DNA of 64,000 bases from contig NC_134474.1 in NCBI RefSeq assembly GCF_964194025.1, positions 61,256,001-61,320,000 on the forward strand, read 5' to 3'. The notes beneath the pieces were generated by a model. The model saw only the letters and a program-made list of their open reading frames with translations, searched no databases and had not been told where the DNA came from. Shown piece after piece: positions 24,293 to 38,289 of this stretch. Every line of letters begins with the position of its first letter. Within the stretch, counting starts at the first letter, position 1. The translations under genes and the position numbers were made by a program. Source of the DNA: Convolutriloba macropyga. Lineage: Eukaryota.

Positions 24293-25677
24293 GCATTCAA
24301 TGAAAAGACGGATTTTTTGGTCTGTTATTTTAGTGTTTTTTAGACTGCTGATCTACAAAGCTATTGCGGCAATTTTCTGGCAATCGGCCAGCTGTGTTGT
24401 TGATTTTCCTTTACTTCAAATCAGTGGTTTGTGGTCAAGTTAGTTTGTATTACAAATTGGAGGGAATTTGAGGGCAACTAATAGAAGCAGCAGTAAGTTC
24501 AACAGATTCTTAATCAAAATATCTCCGCATTTCTTTAAAAAATTTCTTGTTCTGTTTCTTTTACTATCCCAGTTAGACTGCAGATCTATGCAGCTGTTGC
24601 GGTTATTTTCTCGCAATCTGTGAGTTTTTTTTAGTAACCGCGAAGCGATAGCTGAGTGCATTATTGGCCTTCTCTTGGTTTTTTTTCGTCAAGATTTTTG
24701 ATACGACTATATGCCGTCACAATCACTTCATTTCTGCTTTTTGTTCATTCGTTTAGGCAATTTCAACTGAATTGCGTGCGTGACGTCATTTTTCACTCGC
24801 CGTGGAGGAAGTTTTATTTTCATTCGCGTGATTAAATTTTTGGTCACACTTGACTTACCTCACTCTCAAAATTGACTTCCTCACTTTAAAAATGACTTTT
24901 GTTTACTTTAATTCAAAGAGATAAGATCAACGGAGTGTTTGTCACTCGATATGAAAGTTATTTGAGAGCTGCTCATAGAGGCAGCAATAACTTATGCAGA
25001 CTCCTACTCAAAATATTACACCCCAGCTCTTAATATAATGAATAATTTTCTTTTGGTCTGTCTTTTTTACTGTCTTTTAGACTGCAGATGAACGAAGCTA
25101 TTGCGGCTATTTTCTGGCAATCTGCGAGCTATGTTTTGTTTAATAGCCGCCCTCATCTTCTCAGCCGGCTATTATAGTGTTTTTACTGTTTTACTGTTTT
25201 TTTAATAGCCGCACAGCGATAGCGGGGCTATTATTGGCCTTCTCTTGGTTTTTATTATTTCGTCAAATTTTTTGTTACGACCATATGACGTCACAATTAC
25301 TTCAAATATGCTTTTTGTTAATTCATTTGTGCAATATGAATTGAATTGCGTTCTTGACTTCGTTTTTTTCTCTTAGTTGAGCGAGTTCGCGTTAGCCTCA
25401 CTCTCAAAAATGACTTCCTCACTCTGAAACTGACTTCTCTTTACTTTAATTCAAAGAGATAAGTTCAAGTGAGTGTATATCACTCTAATTGAAGGTTATT
25501 TAAGAGCAGTTAATAGAAACAGCAATAAGATACAGATTCTTAATCAAAATTTAACATCTCAGCCCTTAATGAAAAGAATGAATTTCTTTTTTCATCCTGC
25601 TTTTTTTAAACTTTTTTTGAGACTGAAGATCTACAAAGCTATTGAGGCTTTTTTCTGACAATCTGCCAGCTGTTTTT
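24293..25677 (+). mobile_element. Continuation of HINE-like family D array
   Basis: 3' half of the split copy (to ~24400), a partial copy, and copies ~24630-25140 and ~25202-25677 ending GGCT(A/T)TTTTCTG(G/A)CAATCTGC(C/G)AGCT. Confidence 0.72.
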
Positions 25678-26290
25678 GAATTTTATTTCTTTTGAGATAG
25701 GATGAAATAAAAAAACCAAAATTTTCGAGAGGCCTAAAAATATACAGAAGTTGAATTAAACTAAACGTCTCCAATAGCAACGCAGTCGATTATTTATAGC
25801 GGTCTGATTCAAATGTCAAAATTTAGATTTCCTAATTTGCAAGATTGAACTTGGACGTGAAGAATTGAAAGTCTTTTTGTCCTAAATTAGCGTCCTTTCA
25901 CTTCTTTAAATCTAAGTTAAATCGAATTTTTGTGACCAATGAAATTGTACCCTGTGTTCTCTAATTTGCATGAGTGTTAATTTTCAGCTTCTAAGAATGG
26001 TTATAATACAGTAAACTAACTAAAGCTGGTCATTATATTGAATCATCGTAATTTTTTTTTGAATGAGATCTAGTCTGCTTGGTTCCCCATTTGAGTGGGT
26101 AGATATTGTTTACACCAGTTGCACGTGCATTGTTTACATAGTAAGTACCATTCTATATAACAACACATAATTTGCGAGGCGGGGACCGTAACAAAGTAGA
26201 TTCAATTTTTTTTGCATATTCTGTTCTTATTCTGCTTCAATCGGAATGGTGTAATTTGCCCGTAATCTCCCGGTAATCTCTTACATTTGT

Positions 26291-26688
26291 TTAATTGCTC
26301 TTGAACGCAGTTCATAGCAATTATTGTAAACGTGTGTGTCTTTTTTATGCAAATCTTTCGCTAGACAGTTTTGCGCTTTTCTTCTAGAACATTTTTTGAC
26401 TTCTCGAGTGACTTTTTCACGCTTTCGTACTCCATTTTTGGGTGATCTTTAGTGCTCCGAAGTTGCTAATATAAAATCGGTTGCGGTGTACCAGAATTAC
26501 CTGACTTGTAGCGCAGTGGTTAGCGAGGGTGGGCATGGATTGAGTGGTCAGGGGTTCCAATCGCGGTGGGGTAAAAGTTTTTAGCACCCATAAAGAAAAA
26601 ATGATCTAGGCTAGAGCCCCTGATGAATTAAATTGTCTCACCTGTCGTTCAAGAGCAATTCTTTCGACATTTGTCGGTTTATGTTTTT
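26291..26688 (+). mobile_element. HINE-like family A, copy 2
   Basis: AATTGCTCTTGAACG...CGTTCAAGAGCAATT, hairpin, tRNA-like segment at ~26503-26570. Confidence 0.75.
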
Positions 26689-26816
26689 AAAATGAAATTT
26701 CTCGGTATTAGTCAATGTGTTTTTTTTTTTACTTTAGCATAAAAAGTTTTCCCCTCCACCCAAAGTTTTCCAATTTTCAACGTCTTACGTGCAGCCTTTT
26801 TACAGTTTTAGGCTAG

Positions 26817-27810
26817 TTAATTGCTCTCAAACGAAGTTTGTGGCAATTATATTAGTCCTGTCGGTCTTTTTTATGCGATTTTTTGTTTGACCGATTTTTC
26901 GTCTGACGCTTTTGACTTTTCGTCCTCAAAAATGGGATAAACAGGTAGCGCCCAGCGGGCATTAAGTGCTCTTAGAGCCTTTCAGCTCTGTATCAGCTCA
27001 AACTGTTTTGGAGACTCATACCTATACTTATGGTGCGAAGAGCGGTTCTTAGAGGTTGAAGAGACCCCCACTGTTGCCCCCTCTATTGCTCCCCCCACCG
27101 CGCTGTTGCCCGCCACCCCAGTGTTGCCCCCCTTAATCAGCGCCTGTTGAACCCCCCCCCCCCTCCTCCCGTGGCTTGCTACTGACGAACAACCGCATGC
27201 TAAAAACGCAAAATTATTCTTTTTGCAATTTTTTCAAGCCTTTTGAAAATTTTCAACTTTTCTAATTTTTATCAGCCGTAACTGTCAAGGAACCTCCTTT
27301 AATTTTTAAAAATAGGTTACTACGTAGTTTATAGTGGTAATTTAATGGTTTCAACATTTTAACATCACGAATTTTAGCATTTTCTTTGACAAAACGTGCA
27401 ATTTTTTTTCAATTTTTTTGACATTTTTTTTCCTTATCCAGGTCTTTCGAGACCGATGGCACAGAAAACATCCTATGGTGTTTGATAATAAGTTACTGAC
27501 AAATTTTTAATGGTAATGGAATAGTTTTTCAACTTTTTAATGTCACAAATTTAATATCTAAAAACTTTAAAACCTATTTTCCAAATGTTTTCAATATTTT
27601 TTGTCCTTTTCTGAGTTCAACGACCATTACTGGCTAACGAAACTTTTCATTTCTTTGAGATGGGTTACTTGACGGAACTTTCGAGACAAAAAATGGTTTT
27701 ATTTTTTATTGAGGAGTTCAAAACTTTTTTTTAATTTAGCCTTTTTCAGTTTTTTTCTATTTGATTTATTTATTAACAAGGTTAGAAAACTTGTAAAGTT
27801 GCAGTGTCGA
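26817..27810 (+). mobile_element. HINE-like family B, long copy with C-rich and AT-rich internal repeats (3' end not seen)
   Basis: 5' AATTGCTCTCAAACGAAGTTTG; colinear with 49105-51130. Confidence 0.6.
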
Positions 27811-28043
27811 ATCCAATCATGGAAGATTTTCCTGTCTCCTCTCTCTTTCGATTGGGTTTCTTTTCCTTCTCTTTCTCGTTTACGTTTTATCTCTCTCTCT
27901 CTCCTTTTTTGTTGATTCCTCACTTCAGCTGCTGTTATATGGCGTAATGTCACCTTCTCTGATCCTCATTATCAATGAGTTATAGTTTAAATTTTTTATA
28001 TCATAAATGATCTAACAGGCCAGGCACTTTAAGGAAACCATTG

Positions 28044-28248
28044 TTAATTGCTCTCAAAAGCAAATCGGCCGAGCGAAAAACAATTTTTCGCTTGGCCGAT
28101 TTTTCGTCTGACTCGTTTGACTTTCGTATTCAGAAACGTGATAAAGAGGTAGCGCCCTGAGGACACTAAACTGTGGCTAGCTGTTGACAAAGCCAACCGC
28201 TCGCCGGTCGTTTGAGAGCAGTTCGCCCGACGTTAGTCGGTTATGTTT
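28044..28248 (+). mobile_element. HINE-like family B, short copy
   Basis: AATTGCTCTCAAA...CGTTTGAGAGCAGTT, hairpin CCGACGTTAGTCGG, then TTATGTTT. Confidence 0.7.
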
Positions 28249-31200
28249 GCTTGCTTTGCTTATTCTGCTCAATCTGGATTGCACAGAAACGCAATTTACA
28301 ATGAACGGAGTCAATGTCGAGAAGGGAGTTTAGAAACAGGATGAATGCGTAATACCCTATTTTAGATAACCCCTACCTAATATTAAAAAATGTTCTTGAT
28401 TACTATTTTAAAGTCTAATTATAGCTGCCTTGTTGTAAACTCAGTGTAGTTACATTGTGGGTTTTGGGGGTTTTATCTATCCAAAAAAATTTGCAGTTTT
28501 ATATGCTGCCCAAAAAAAGGCAGCTATAATTTCTTTGCTACATGCTCCATAAGCTAGTAATAGCTGATCTGAGAGACATTAATAGCGCCAAATAAATACG
28601 TAAAGGGGTTCTTTCTACTATTAAATTGCAACCAGTTACTCACCTTTTTATAGCGCCGAATCTAAACTCAAAGTTCAACTCATTTTATGAAAAGAATTAG
28701 TATCAGAATAAAAAGGTTGCTATGAAATGGAGCAATTAATTTGATTTACGCTCCCATTACTAACCAGTGAAACCTGACATTAATGAGACTTACTCATAAC
28801 ACAACAAAAATACAACCAATACTAGCAAAAACCCAAAACTTTAAAACTACTTGAAACGAGTTGTTAATAATCAAAAGAAGCATAAGCTATGAACTGAGAC
28901 AATTATTTCGATCGAAAAAGTCATCGTTACAAACCACCGAGACCTGTCGTTAATCAGATTGTGATAAGGCAGCAATAAGTACAAATTCTAGCAAACCTCA
29001 CCAAATTTTGATAAATGCTCCTTAAAAAAATTGGCTGGAAAACTATAGAAAGCATTAATTTTGAAATGAAACAGTCACAAATCGTTTAATTTTATCTTCC
29101 TCATTAGCAAGCTATGCGACCTGTCCTTAATGAGAATCAATGATAAGATAGCAAAAGTACAATAAACACTCGGAAACTATTAGATTCATTCATGCGCTCT
29201 TACTGGCCAATGAAATCTGTCAATGCTATTAAGGGATGTTAGTAAGTAGTATTTCATCTGTTCTGCGAAGACAGCAGACATTATAAAAAATACGGGCAAA
29301 ATAAAAAAACGCTAATATTTTATGACAACATTAGTGTCAAAAAAACAGCATTACCTTTCCGTTAACTAATTCAAGCAGTTTTGAATTGCAATTGCAAACA
29401 AGCGCAGTTACAACACATGTATCATTTTAGTAGCCCTCAATTGAAGAACTGAAAACAAGTCAACTTAAAGAACAAATTTATTCAAACACCAGTTTCTCAT
29501 TACACTTAAGGTTTGAAAAAATCACGCTTTCAACCAATTAGCTTTTTTGCTCCCTTTACTGCTGCAGTGTGACTAAAGTCACCACCTCAATTTGATTTAA
29601 AAAAGGACGAAGAAAAAGAGAGCGCACAAGTACATTCAAATCCTTTAGGTTGTAAAAACAACGATTGGAGCATTGGTTATTTCTTCTGAAATCAATCAAT
29701 TCAGGAATTGTTTTGGGGGTTATGTTGATCTTCATTCAATTTATTGCTTCATTGAATTTTCCTCTGACCATCTGACTTCCCATTTTCAAAATCAGATTAA
29801 CTGGTAAACCCGAAAGACAAAAGATTCCGATTGGCCGTCTTCAAGTAAACTGTAGCTCTCTGAAGCGTTCAACGCAGTCAACCTCAGGATCACGCCATCA
29901 ATACTGGAGCAAATTAACTTCACATTCAGATTTTGTCAACCTCCAACGCCGTACAATCATATCAGAGAGACGAATTCTTCGTTGTAACTGGCACGGGGCC
30001 AAGGACGCATCGCTTAGGAAAAAACTCTTATCCAATGTTTTTTGGTGCATCTTGCGCTACAGCGAAGAAAATTGAGAAATTGTTTTATAAAAATTGGCAA
30101 TGCTGAAAAAAAACTATTATGGGTCGTCTAACAAAAGATTGACTATTTGGCTTCACCAATTGTGTAAAGTTCAATTTGAATAACTTTTTCATGAAACTAA
30201 ACCCTTGCCAAAATAGACCTCTGAAAACAAATGCCAGCAAAATTTAAGACGATTTGAAATATTTCAACAAATTCATAAAATAACAGGAAACTCAACCGCA
30301 ATTCTTCCATTTGCTATCAAAACATTTTTAAGACTACTTCTGTCTAAATAAATCTATTACAAAAACTTCATTCAAGGTAATTAAGGCAATCTTCTTTTAA
30401 AAATATATGCAGTCAATTTAAAGTAGTAACTATCCTATTAAGGCCGATCGAAAAGCTCTCAAAAATAGGAGCTTCAAAAAATACCTAATTTATTGGACTA
30501 CTCGGGGTTGATCTTTTTTTTGGCTCGTATAGGGCAAATCTATTAGATAGGGTTTGCTTATTATTGACATAATGTTTTGTTAACATTAGTTTGAGTATGT
30601 TTTAGATCATGAAACATCTTTTGGAGAAAAGATGTGTTTACAATACAAATACGAGTTGTTTTATAATTTCAAGCACCATTAGTCTGCAAATGATTTAAAA
30701 CTAACTGTTTATGCTTTCTGGGGCATCAGAATGCCAAGAAGAAAAAAACAAAAATTTTCACAAAAAAAATTTTCTGTTTTTTGAAAAACATGTTCTGAAA
30801 ATAATTCCTCTGCCCAAATAAGTCTATTACAAGGGCTAACCATTAAAGGACGAGCGAATAAACCTCAAACTCGCTTCAAAATTACACTATTTATAGGATT
30901 ACTTGAGGCTCACTGCCCGCTGGCTTCTATAAGGCAAAATTATGAGCTAAGGTTTGTTCTTATGCAACTTAATGTTCCGTATATTTTTTTTTGAGTATAA
31001 TTTGGATATCTTTGAGTTCAATCAATGTGTTATCAATAAGGAATCGAGCAGCTTTGAATTTTTAATGGTTATTCTTCCAAAAAATGCGGCAACTTAATGA
31101 TCTTTGGAGATTTTTTGGGGCATCAAGAAAACGAAAAGAAAAAAGAATAAAAAAGTTTCAAAAATCAAGTAATCGTTTTGCTGTTATGGGCGATCAATTT

Positions 31201-34200
31201 TTAAAATTAATAGGTGGTCACGATAACATAATTTGCTACTCTAACATTAACTCAAACTCTTTCTAGCGAATCTTTTGTACAGAGCTGACTTAATATCTGG
31301 TGACTGATTAAAGTATAATTGGAAACACTCGACTAAAAATAGCTTTTTTGTCTTTTCTTCAGCTTTTTGCTCACTGATATCTGAATCGCATCGGTTTTGC
31401 AATTTGCTGCTCTTGCCGATGGTGAATATACAAGCAGAATAGTATGAAACTCAGTTTTTCTGTCGTTTTAATGCCCTAGCACCAGACCCCGCGCTGTACC
31501 CTTTCTTCAGGTTTTTGCTCAATATTAGTCAAAAAATGAAAATCCGATGCAGTACATCGAAGATTATAATTTTTTTAAGAAAATGGTAATTGTATAGCAA
31601 AAACCATTGTGCTCAAAATAATTATGGTTCTTGAAATGAAACACTGACTATTTGGTTTTAACAATTGTGTAAATGCCAATTTTAATAACTTCTTCATGAA
31701 GCTAAACTCTTGCCAAAACAGACCGTCGAGAACAAATGTCAGCAAAAATCAAGACGATCTGAATCATTTCATTAAGTTTATGAAAAAAAGTATTGACAGC
31801 AATCAAGTGCCTATTAGGAGAGTTTATATGAAAGACTTTCTCTCCGATGGATCAAACGAACATAAAAACAGTATAGGTGCTGCTCCCTGAAAAAAAACTC
31901 ACAATATAAAATAAATTGCTGTCCCAAAGCAGTCATTTCCGTTCTATATTATTCTTCATTCCGTCAAATAAACACCCCAACCAATGAAGACATATTCATC
32001 CGCCAAAACAGCAAAACGATGATCCACGCTTGTCATCAGGTTAACCACAGGAAAAAAAAATTTTGATCAATTTTTGTCGGCACACAACGCAAGTCGCCTC
32101 TATGCGCCCAAAAGGGACATTGCGCCTCTCTCACAGGGCTGCCTGCTACATTTTAGGCAAGGTCTTTTATCAGCTCCCCAAATTATGTGAACAATTGGTT
32201 TATGGAGATCTTTAAGGCTATCAGAAAACCAGAAAGAAAAATGAAAATTTTAGAAAAATCAAAGACGAGAAATCATTTTTCTTTTTTTGACGAACAATTT
32301 TTTATATATATTTACACTGCCTAATTAAATCTGTTACAGAGGTTCTATTCAATGTCATCAATGCAATCTTCTTTTTCAAACCTTTTTTCGTCAATTTAGA
32401 GTTATAACTCTATCATAATGCGCTGTGAATGTTATTTGAGTTTACTTGGTGGCAACAGTCATTTCCACCTGTCACAAAAATTGAAATTTTAATTGCTACT
32501 ATTGATAGCTATCGGTTTCTGATGCAAATAAAAAGGAGTCAGTGCTCTCATTAGATGGAAAAAAATCTTGTTAAATTTATTAATTTGAAATGCCTCAATC
32601 AGAAATGTAAAAAAGATTTGTCCTGCCCTGAGCAGTTTGACTAAAAGAACACTTACATCCCCATTCGAACTGTTAGTGGCCGCCAATTGCCAGCAGTCCT
32701 AGAAAGACATCACTAGGAAAAGTTTTTAACCTGATAAGTCATAGTTTAGCCGTACTCTGATTGATTGAGTTTATATGCAGTTTGAACTTAACGCAAACTT
32801 GGTAAGCGTGTTTGCGTTAAATTTGCACACGCTGTCGAGATAATTCGATTTTTGGCTCACCGTCCATTCCCTGTAATAGAACTTTTTTTCAAAGAAAATA
32901 ATGAAAAATTGACAAGGGCAGTGGAGTTTGAGAGCTAGAGAAACTAATGAAATTGTTCATGAAATTATCCAATCGTCTTGGTGAACGTGCCAAAATACCA
33001 GCTGTTTGTGAGAATCTACACAAAATCGATCGATCGCAATGTTTTCAGACCACCTTGCTGTGGTATTGAAGATAGATTGTTTTCGTTGTATGGGATAGAC
33101 TCTTGGTAGATAAGAATGTTTGCAATCTTTCCAAAAAACAGCAAGACAGAATTTTTAAATTATGCTACGAAAACGGGATAATAATGCCAAAAGTTGACGC
33201 GAAAGCTTTACGTTGTTCGACAAGAGTTGTACAACAAAACTTGCGTGTGTCACTCGGAGGACTACGGAAAATCAAAAAGTGAAACTTTTTGTAGACGCAA
33301 AGAAAGGTTTCAATAATTTTCTGCAATCTCTTTTTGTTTTGACCGTCTATGACATCGTAAGACTGTTATATTCGCTGTCGATACGGGAGAACCTACTCAG
33401 CATCAAGATGTTAATGGAATATGACACCATTTTGGCGGCATTTCTCGCTGCTGTCAAGTTTCATGGAAATGAAATTTTGCCGGACGTCATTAAATCAACC
33501 AAAACGAAATGGAACCCTCTATTAAGAGCCGGAGAAATTACAACAAGGAGACTCAACTCCCGTTACCCGAAGACACTCGTCGCGTCAATTTGGCACTTGG
33601 AGGACGAGCCTCAAAATGACGGACTACCAGTCGACTAAAAGCCTTGCTATCATGTTGAGAAAATCTGAACTGAACTCTGTGATTGATTGTACTTTCGATA
33701 CAATCTTGAAGCAGAGAACCGTCGCTCTTCTTGTTCAGGATTTATAGCACTGGCAAAAAGAGAAAATCTCGTTTTTTCTGCTTATGGTCTGGTTCACATG
33801 TCTCTGCACCTATTGCAAACATACACATTGCCACGGGAAGGATGTTTCAGAGAAACTGTTTCTGAATTGCTCCTTTTTGTTTCCTGTAGTCTTTTTTATG
33901 ACCTGTCTTCTTCCCGGTGTTTTCATCTTTTTTGATTTTGAAGACAATCCAACACGTACAACGGGTATATTCCCAGTTTGATCCGTTAGTTCTCGTTTTT
34001 TTTGTATTGAGTTTGTAGATCAGTTTTCTTCTGACTGCCTATCGTAAAAATTTTGTGCGCTAAATCTTGTTCTTAACAGTGATATTGAGGGTTATGCATG
34101 AAGGCGGCACAATGAAATTAGAGAACATTTTGCAAACATATTCTGTGACGTAGTTGAATCAGCTGTTCATTAACCAATGAGAAATCATCTTTTCAACAAA

Positions 34201-34539
34201 TTGACTCGCGCTCATGACAACGCTTGCCTTCATGTCGAAGGTTATTGAATAAATAAAATAAATAAAAAAGAATAAAATAAAAAAAATAAAAAAAGGCAGC
34301 TGAGAACAGGCTACTGTAGGCCTAATGCTGTGCTGCTGCGATTACGCAGGAACCAAAATTATTATTATTGCTTTTATGTTTCTATATTCAGCGGATTTTT
34401 CTTCGACAAGAACATTCCTTGTCAATTAGCCAGGCCAACTGGCCTACAAATGTCACAAGGAGGTCATAAATTAAAATTTCAGCAACTCGTTTTGAATATC
34501 GAATTAGTTAAGTTCGTTCAGCTCTTTCTTTCGTATTGG

Positions 34540-36000
34540 GGCGCACTGGTTCCTGTAAACCCGTACTACAAGGCAACTGGGAACCAACATCTCAGAAAAA
34601 AACCGTGGTTCTAAACGTGTAACATGGGTTGCTGTGATGGAGGGAAAGCTTATTAGTGTTGAATCAATTGAAATCTGTGACGAGGGCCCTAGAGCCCAGC
34701 ATGCTGCTGTGAGTTTTGAGTACGACGTTTTTGCGTTAAATTTGCCTAGGCTTCACAGACGTTTTTAATTGTCTGCTGGCCGTCAATTTCCTGTAAAATA
34801 ACTGAAAGTTAGTCCAAATCTATCAGTTTGCGGTTGATACATTTTCCACATCTGCAAACATTATGATATGTGTATTTATTGTTTCTGCATCATTTATGCT
34901 ATTATTTTATCAAACTTTAATTTTTATGGATTGTGCTCTTCAAAATAATGTTCTTGAGAAATGTTACCCAAAGTGTGAATTATCATCGAGCACAAAGTTA
35001 AGTTTTTTTCTGATTACTTCAGTTGCTCTCCGTTTGTGCTTACTGTTTTTGATTTATGAGATGAGATTCTAGGAGTTTAAGAAGTTTGCCACCTATACCA
35101 ATAGAAAGAAGTTTTTCAATAAGTTATTGTGCCAAACGGTATCGAATTTTTTTGGAAAAATCAAGATATAGATCCGTTAGTTCCTTAGAAATTTCGGAAT
35201 CGTATTTGTGGTATTCACTGACGAAGAATAGTAACAGTTGCAAGGTGGCTGAACTAATTTTACAAAATCCGTTGCAGTGGACGTGGTTAACTTTCCACAT
35301 CTGTTTGTGACATCTGTTTCGTCTTCTTCATTAACTTCTTTAAAAATGGGACTGATTCGGCTAATCTTATAAAAACACGGGTACGATCTTTTGTTAAGGA
35401 TCTCTTCTGCAAACACGCACTACCGGGCAACTGGAACAAACATCGCAGACAGAAAGGACAGCACATAATGCAATACAACAACATATCATTTATAGGAACT
35501 TAAATTTTGCGCTCTTTGTTAGCCAAAAATATCTGTCTCAGAGGCTGCCATTGTTCTAAACGTGTAACATGTGTTGCTGTGCAGGAAGAAAAACATATCA
35601 GTACCGTGTTAATTCAAATCTATGGCGCGGCTCCGTGAACCCAGCATACTGCTGTAAGTTTTGAGAAGAGGCGTATTTGCGTTCAATTTGCACAGTTTTT
35701 TTATTGTGTGCTGACCATCGATCACCTGTAAAATAACCTTTTTCAATAAAAAATAGCCCAGATCTGTCAGTTTGCGGTTGATACAGTTCCTATATCTGCA
35801 AACAATACGATATGTTTATTTGTTTTTTCTCTTCCATCACTTATGCTATTGTTTCATCAAATTTTGTTTTCTATGCATCTGGCTCTTCAAAGTAAAGTTT
35901 TGATTCTATCCGAAAATTTTATCCAAAGTGTGAATAGTAATCAAGCAAACAGTCTGATTAATTTAATTTGTCTCCATTTGTGCTCACCAGCATAGTGTTT
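34540..36000 (-). mobile_element. Duplicated CR1/Jockey-like LINE RT fragments
   Basis: SYPCFYKISRISPIFK (RT domain 0-1 region) at 35177-35416; modules repeated at ~34565, 35420, 39190. Confidence 0.6.
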
Positions 36001-36329
36001 TATGTTTGGGAATGTGGTTTTGTGTCAAGCAGGCATGCCATGTATCTACAGGGAATTACTGTATTGTAACAGGTTCCATAACTGGCGGAGGTATCAGGTT
36101 CCCCTGTTACGGGTCTAATGCCAATACACAGTAAATCAATTTAAATGTATGCCCCATCCGGGGGGGGGGGGGGCTGAAGCGAAACAATTTTAATTAATTA
36201 TTTTTTCTTGCATCAAGAGTTTTGTGAAGTATAAAGTGGCCACATTTCCCAGAATTATCGAATCAAAGCTTTATTTGCCTCAAGGATCCCAGTCATCTCA
36301 AGTGTTAGTCATTTAGATATTGCTCCATA

Positions 36330-38250
36330 AGTATGCAGTCAGCCGAAAACTTGGTAGCCGTGCGATGCCTCTCTACAACTAAAATTTAGACAATCTGAGG
36401 ATACGGAAACATCTGACGCTGAAAAATATATAAGAGAACAAGTAAAAGCAATACTGGATCAAATAGGAGTGAAACCAAATGTAATCGAAGTAATATGTAA
36501 AGAAAAAGTTAGAACCAGAGCAATACTAGTTAGTTTCTCAAGTGAACTTGAAACTAGATTGACACTTGCACAAAACATCGAGAAGAGAGAAGAGTTAACC
36601 GCCAGAAAAATAATGGCAGCCTGTCAAAATACCATGCAATAAAAAAATCGGATCTGTTCTGTTTCGCCCCCCCCCCCCCCCCAGTGCTTTTTATGACCCC
36701 CAGTTACAAATTATATGTTAAATAGCACGTTTCTATGTAAGAAAATAGCACGTGCGCCTGGGGGTCATAAAAGATTTATGTTCACTAAGCTGGGGGGGGG
36801 GGGGGGGGGGGGACAGAATAGATCCAAAAAATCAGATTTTCAAGAGTAGAAAGGAACCGATTGATGAAACCTACACACGAAAAGAAGTGAACATCGAAAT
36901 CTAGAACTGCTTTGTAATTGAAAAGACGAAGAATTGGCTAGATTCATTAAGCATTCTTCAACATCCTTCAATTCAATATGAGAAGCCTACAGGAGATCAA
37001 TTACAAATGAGGTTCGACTACCGTGATTTTACCCAGGTGTACAAAATATTGTTTTGTGAAACCTCGTCAAAAAATCATGCCGGTGAAAGAACTCCTACTA
37101 GAAAATTACGATATCTATAGATGGGATTGAAAGTCTGAAAAAGAGGAAAATCTACCAAGCGGAAGCATCGTAGCAGCGCTGAACAACTTAGTATCAGAGG
37201 TATTAGAAACTATCGAAACGCTACCAAATTTTGTCTTTTTGGTAAACCCGATCTCGAAATCATGGAATTCCAGATTCTTACTTGTTACATCCCCTTAAAA
37301 CTGCGCATAGCGACGCATCAAATTGTCTTTGAATTTCTTCTTAAAGGCATTCCTCAATCCAGCATATTGATTGTTTTCGGAGATTTCAACTGTCATAAAG
37401 TAATCTTCAAGACAAAGGTGAGTCCGTTCGAAGAACACACCGAAAACTTTGCACTCTTCGATGAAAAATTAGGTTTTCCAATCAGGATCTGTCTGAAATG
37501 TCAATAGGAAGTCCTTCTACCAAAATGGAATAAAACCTCTTGCCATTATTTGGAGCTCTGGTAGTCCATTACAATTGCATTAACACTATCTTTTGATCAA
37601 GACCATTTGAAGTATGATGTATTGTATTGTTATCTAAACCAAATAATTGAACCAAATTTATTAAACGCAAAATAAGGCAATCTGTAACACCCTGGCCAGC
37701 TCCTTGAATCTCAACTTAAAAGAAACGACTGAAAATGCAGCCGAAATGTTTGCAAGCCATGCTCACAAGCTACTGAGAAAACCAGGGACCAAGGGCTGAA
37801 AGCACATAATCAGCTACTCAAAATAAGACAAATGAAACTCAAGAATTGGTTGTCACGTTAAAAAAATTGTATTGCAGTATTCAAACTTTTATGAAAAAAA
37901 GATTGAATGCTATTGATATACTCCAAAACAAACAGAAAAAAGTGCAACGAGCAGATTTTAGTATTAACGACATCAGTGGTGGTAACCCTACTTAAACAAT
38001 TTTCACTGTCTCAAAAAAATACACAAAAATCTATCAACATTAGAAATTACCGAGCCATGGTGATCAAACTGTAAACTTAGTACATCAATAGTAATAACCG
38101 TAGAAACATCCATTCATTTTTTAGCAAGTCTTTTTTAAAAAAAAAATAGCGACGTTTTCAGTTGCCGGATAAATACAAAACTGCTGCAGTCTTGGCCAAG
38201 CATTACAAACTGCAGCCAACAAAAGGTTGGACAATAGAAGCCGTTTTTGT
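36330..38250 (+). mobile_element. Decayed CR1/Jockey-like LINE, ORF1 and AP endonuclease
   Basis: ORF1-like ILDQIGVKPNV...RAILVSFSSELETRL; endonuclease-like ILTCYIP and LIVFGDFN. Confidence 0.6.
36650..36825. mobile_element. MITE with GG-starting TIRs and 8-bp TSD (Merlin-like)
   Basis: TIR GGATCTGTTCTGT..C-run / G-run..ACAGAATAGATCC; TSD AAAAAATC at 36642-36649 and 36826-36833; paralogous empty sites at ~40650 and ~41800. Confidence 0.85.
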
Positions 38251-38289
38251 TCGAAATTAACATAAAGTGTTTAGAAAATGTGAATAGAT

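Noticed and set aside
33213-33638. 141-aa plus-strand ORF as a host gene
   Set aside because: Non-ATG start, no recognisable motif, no splice context
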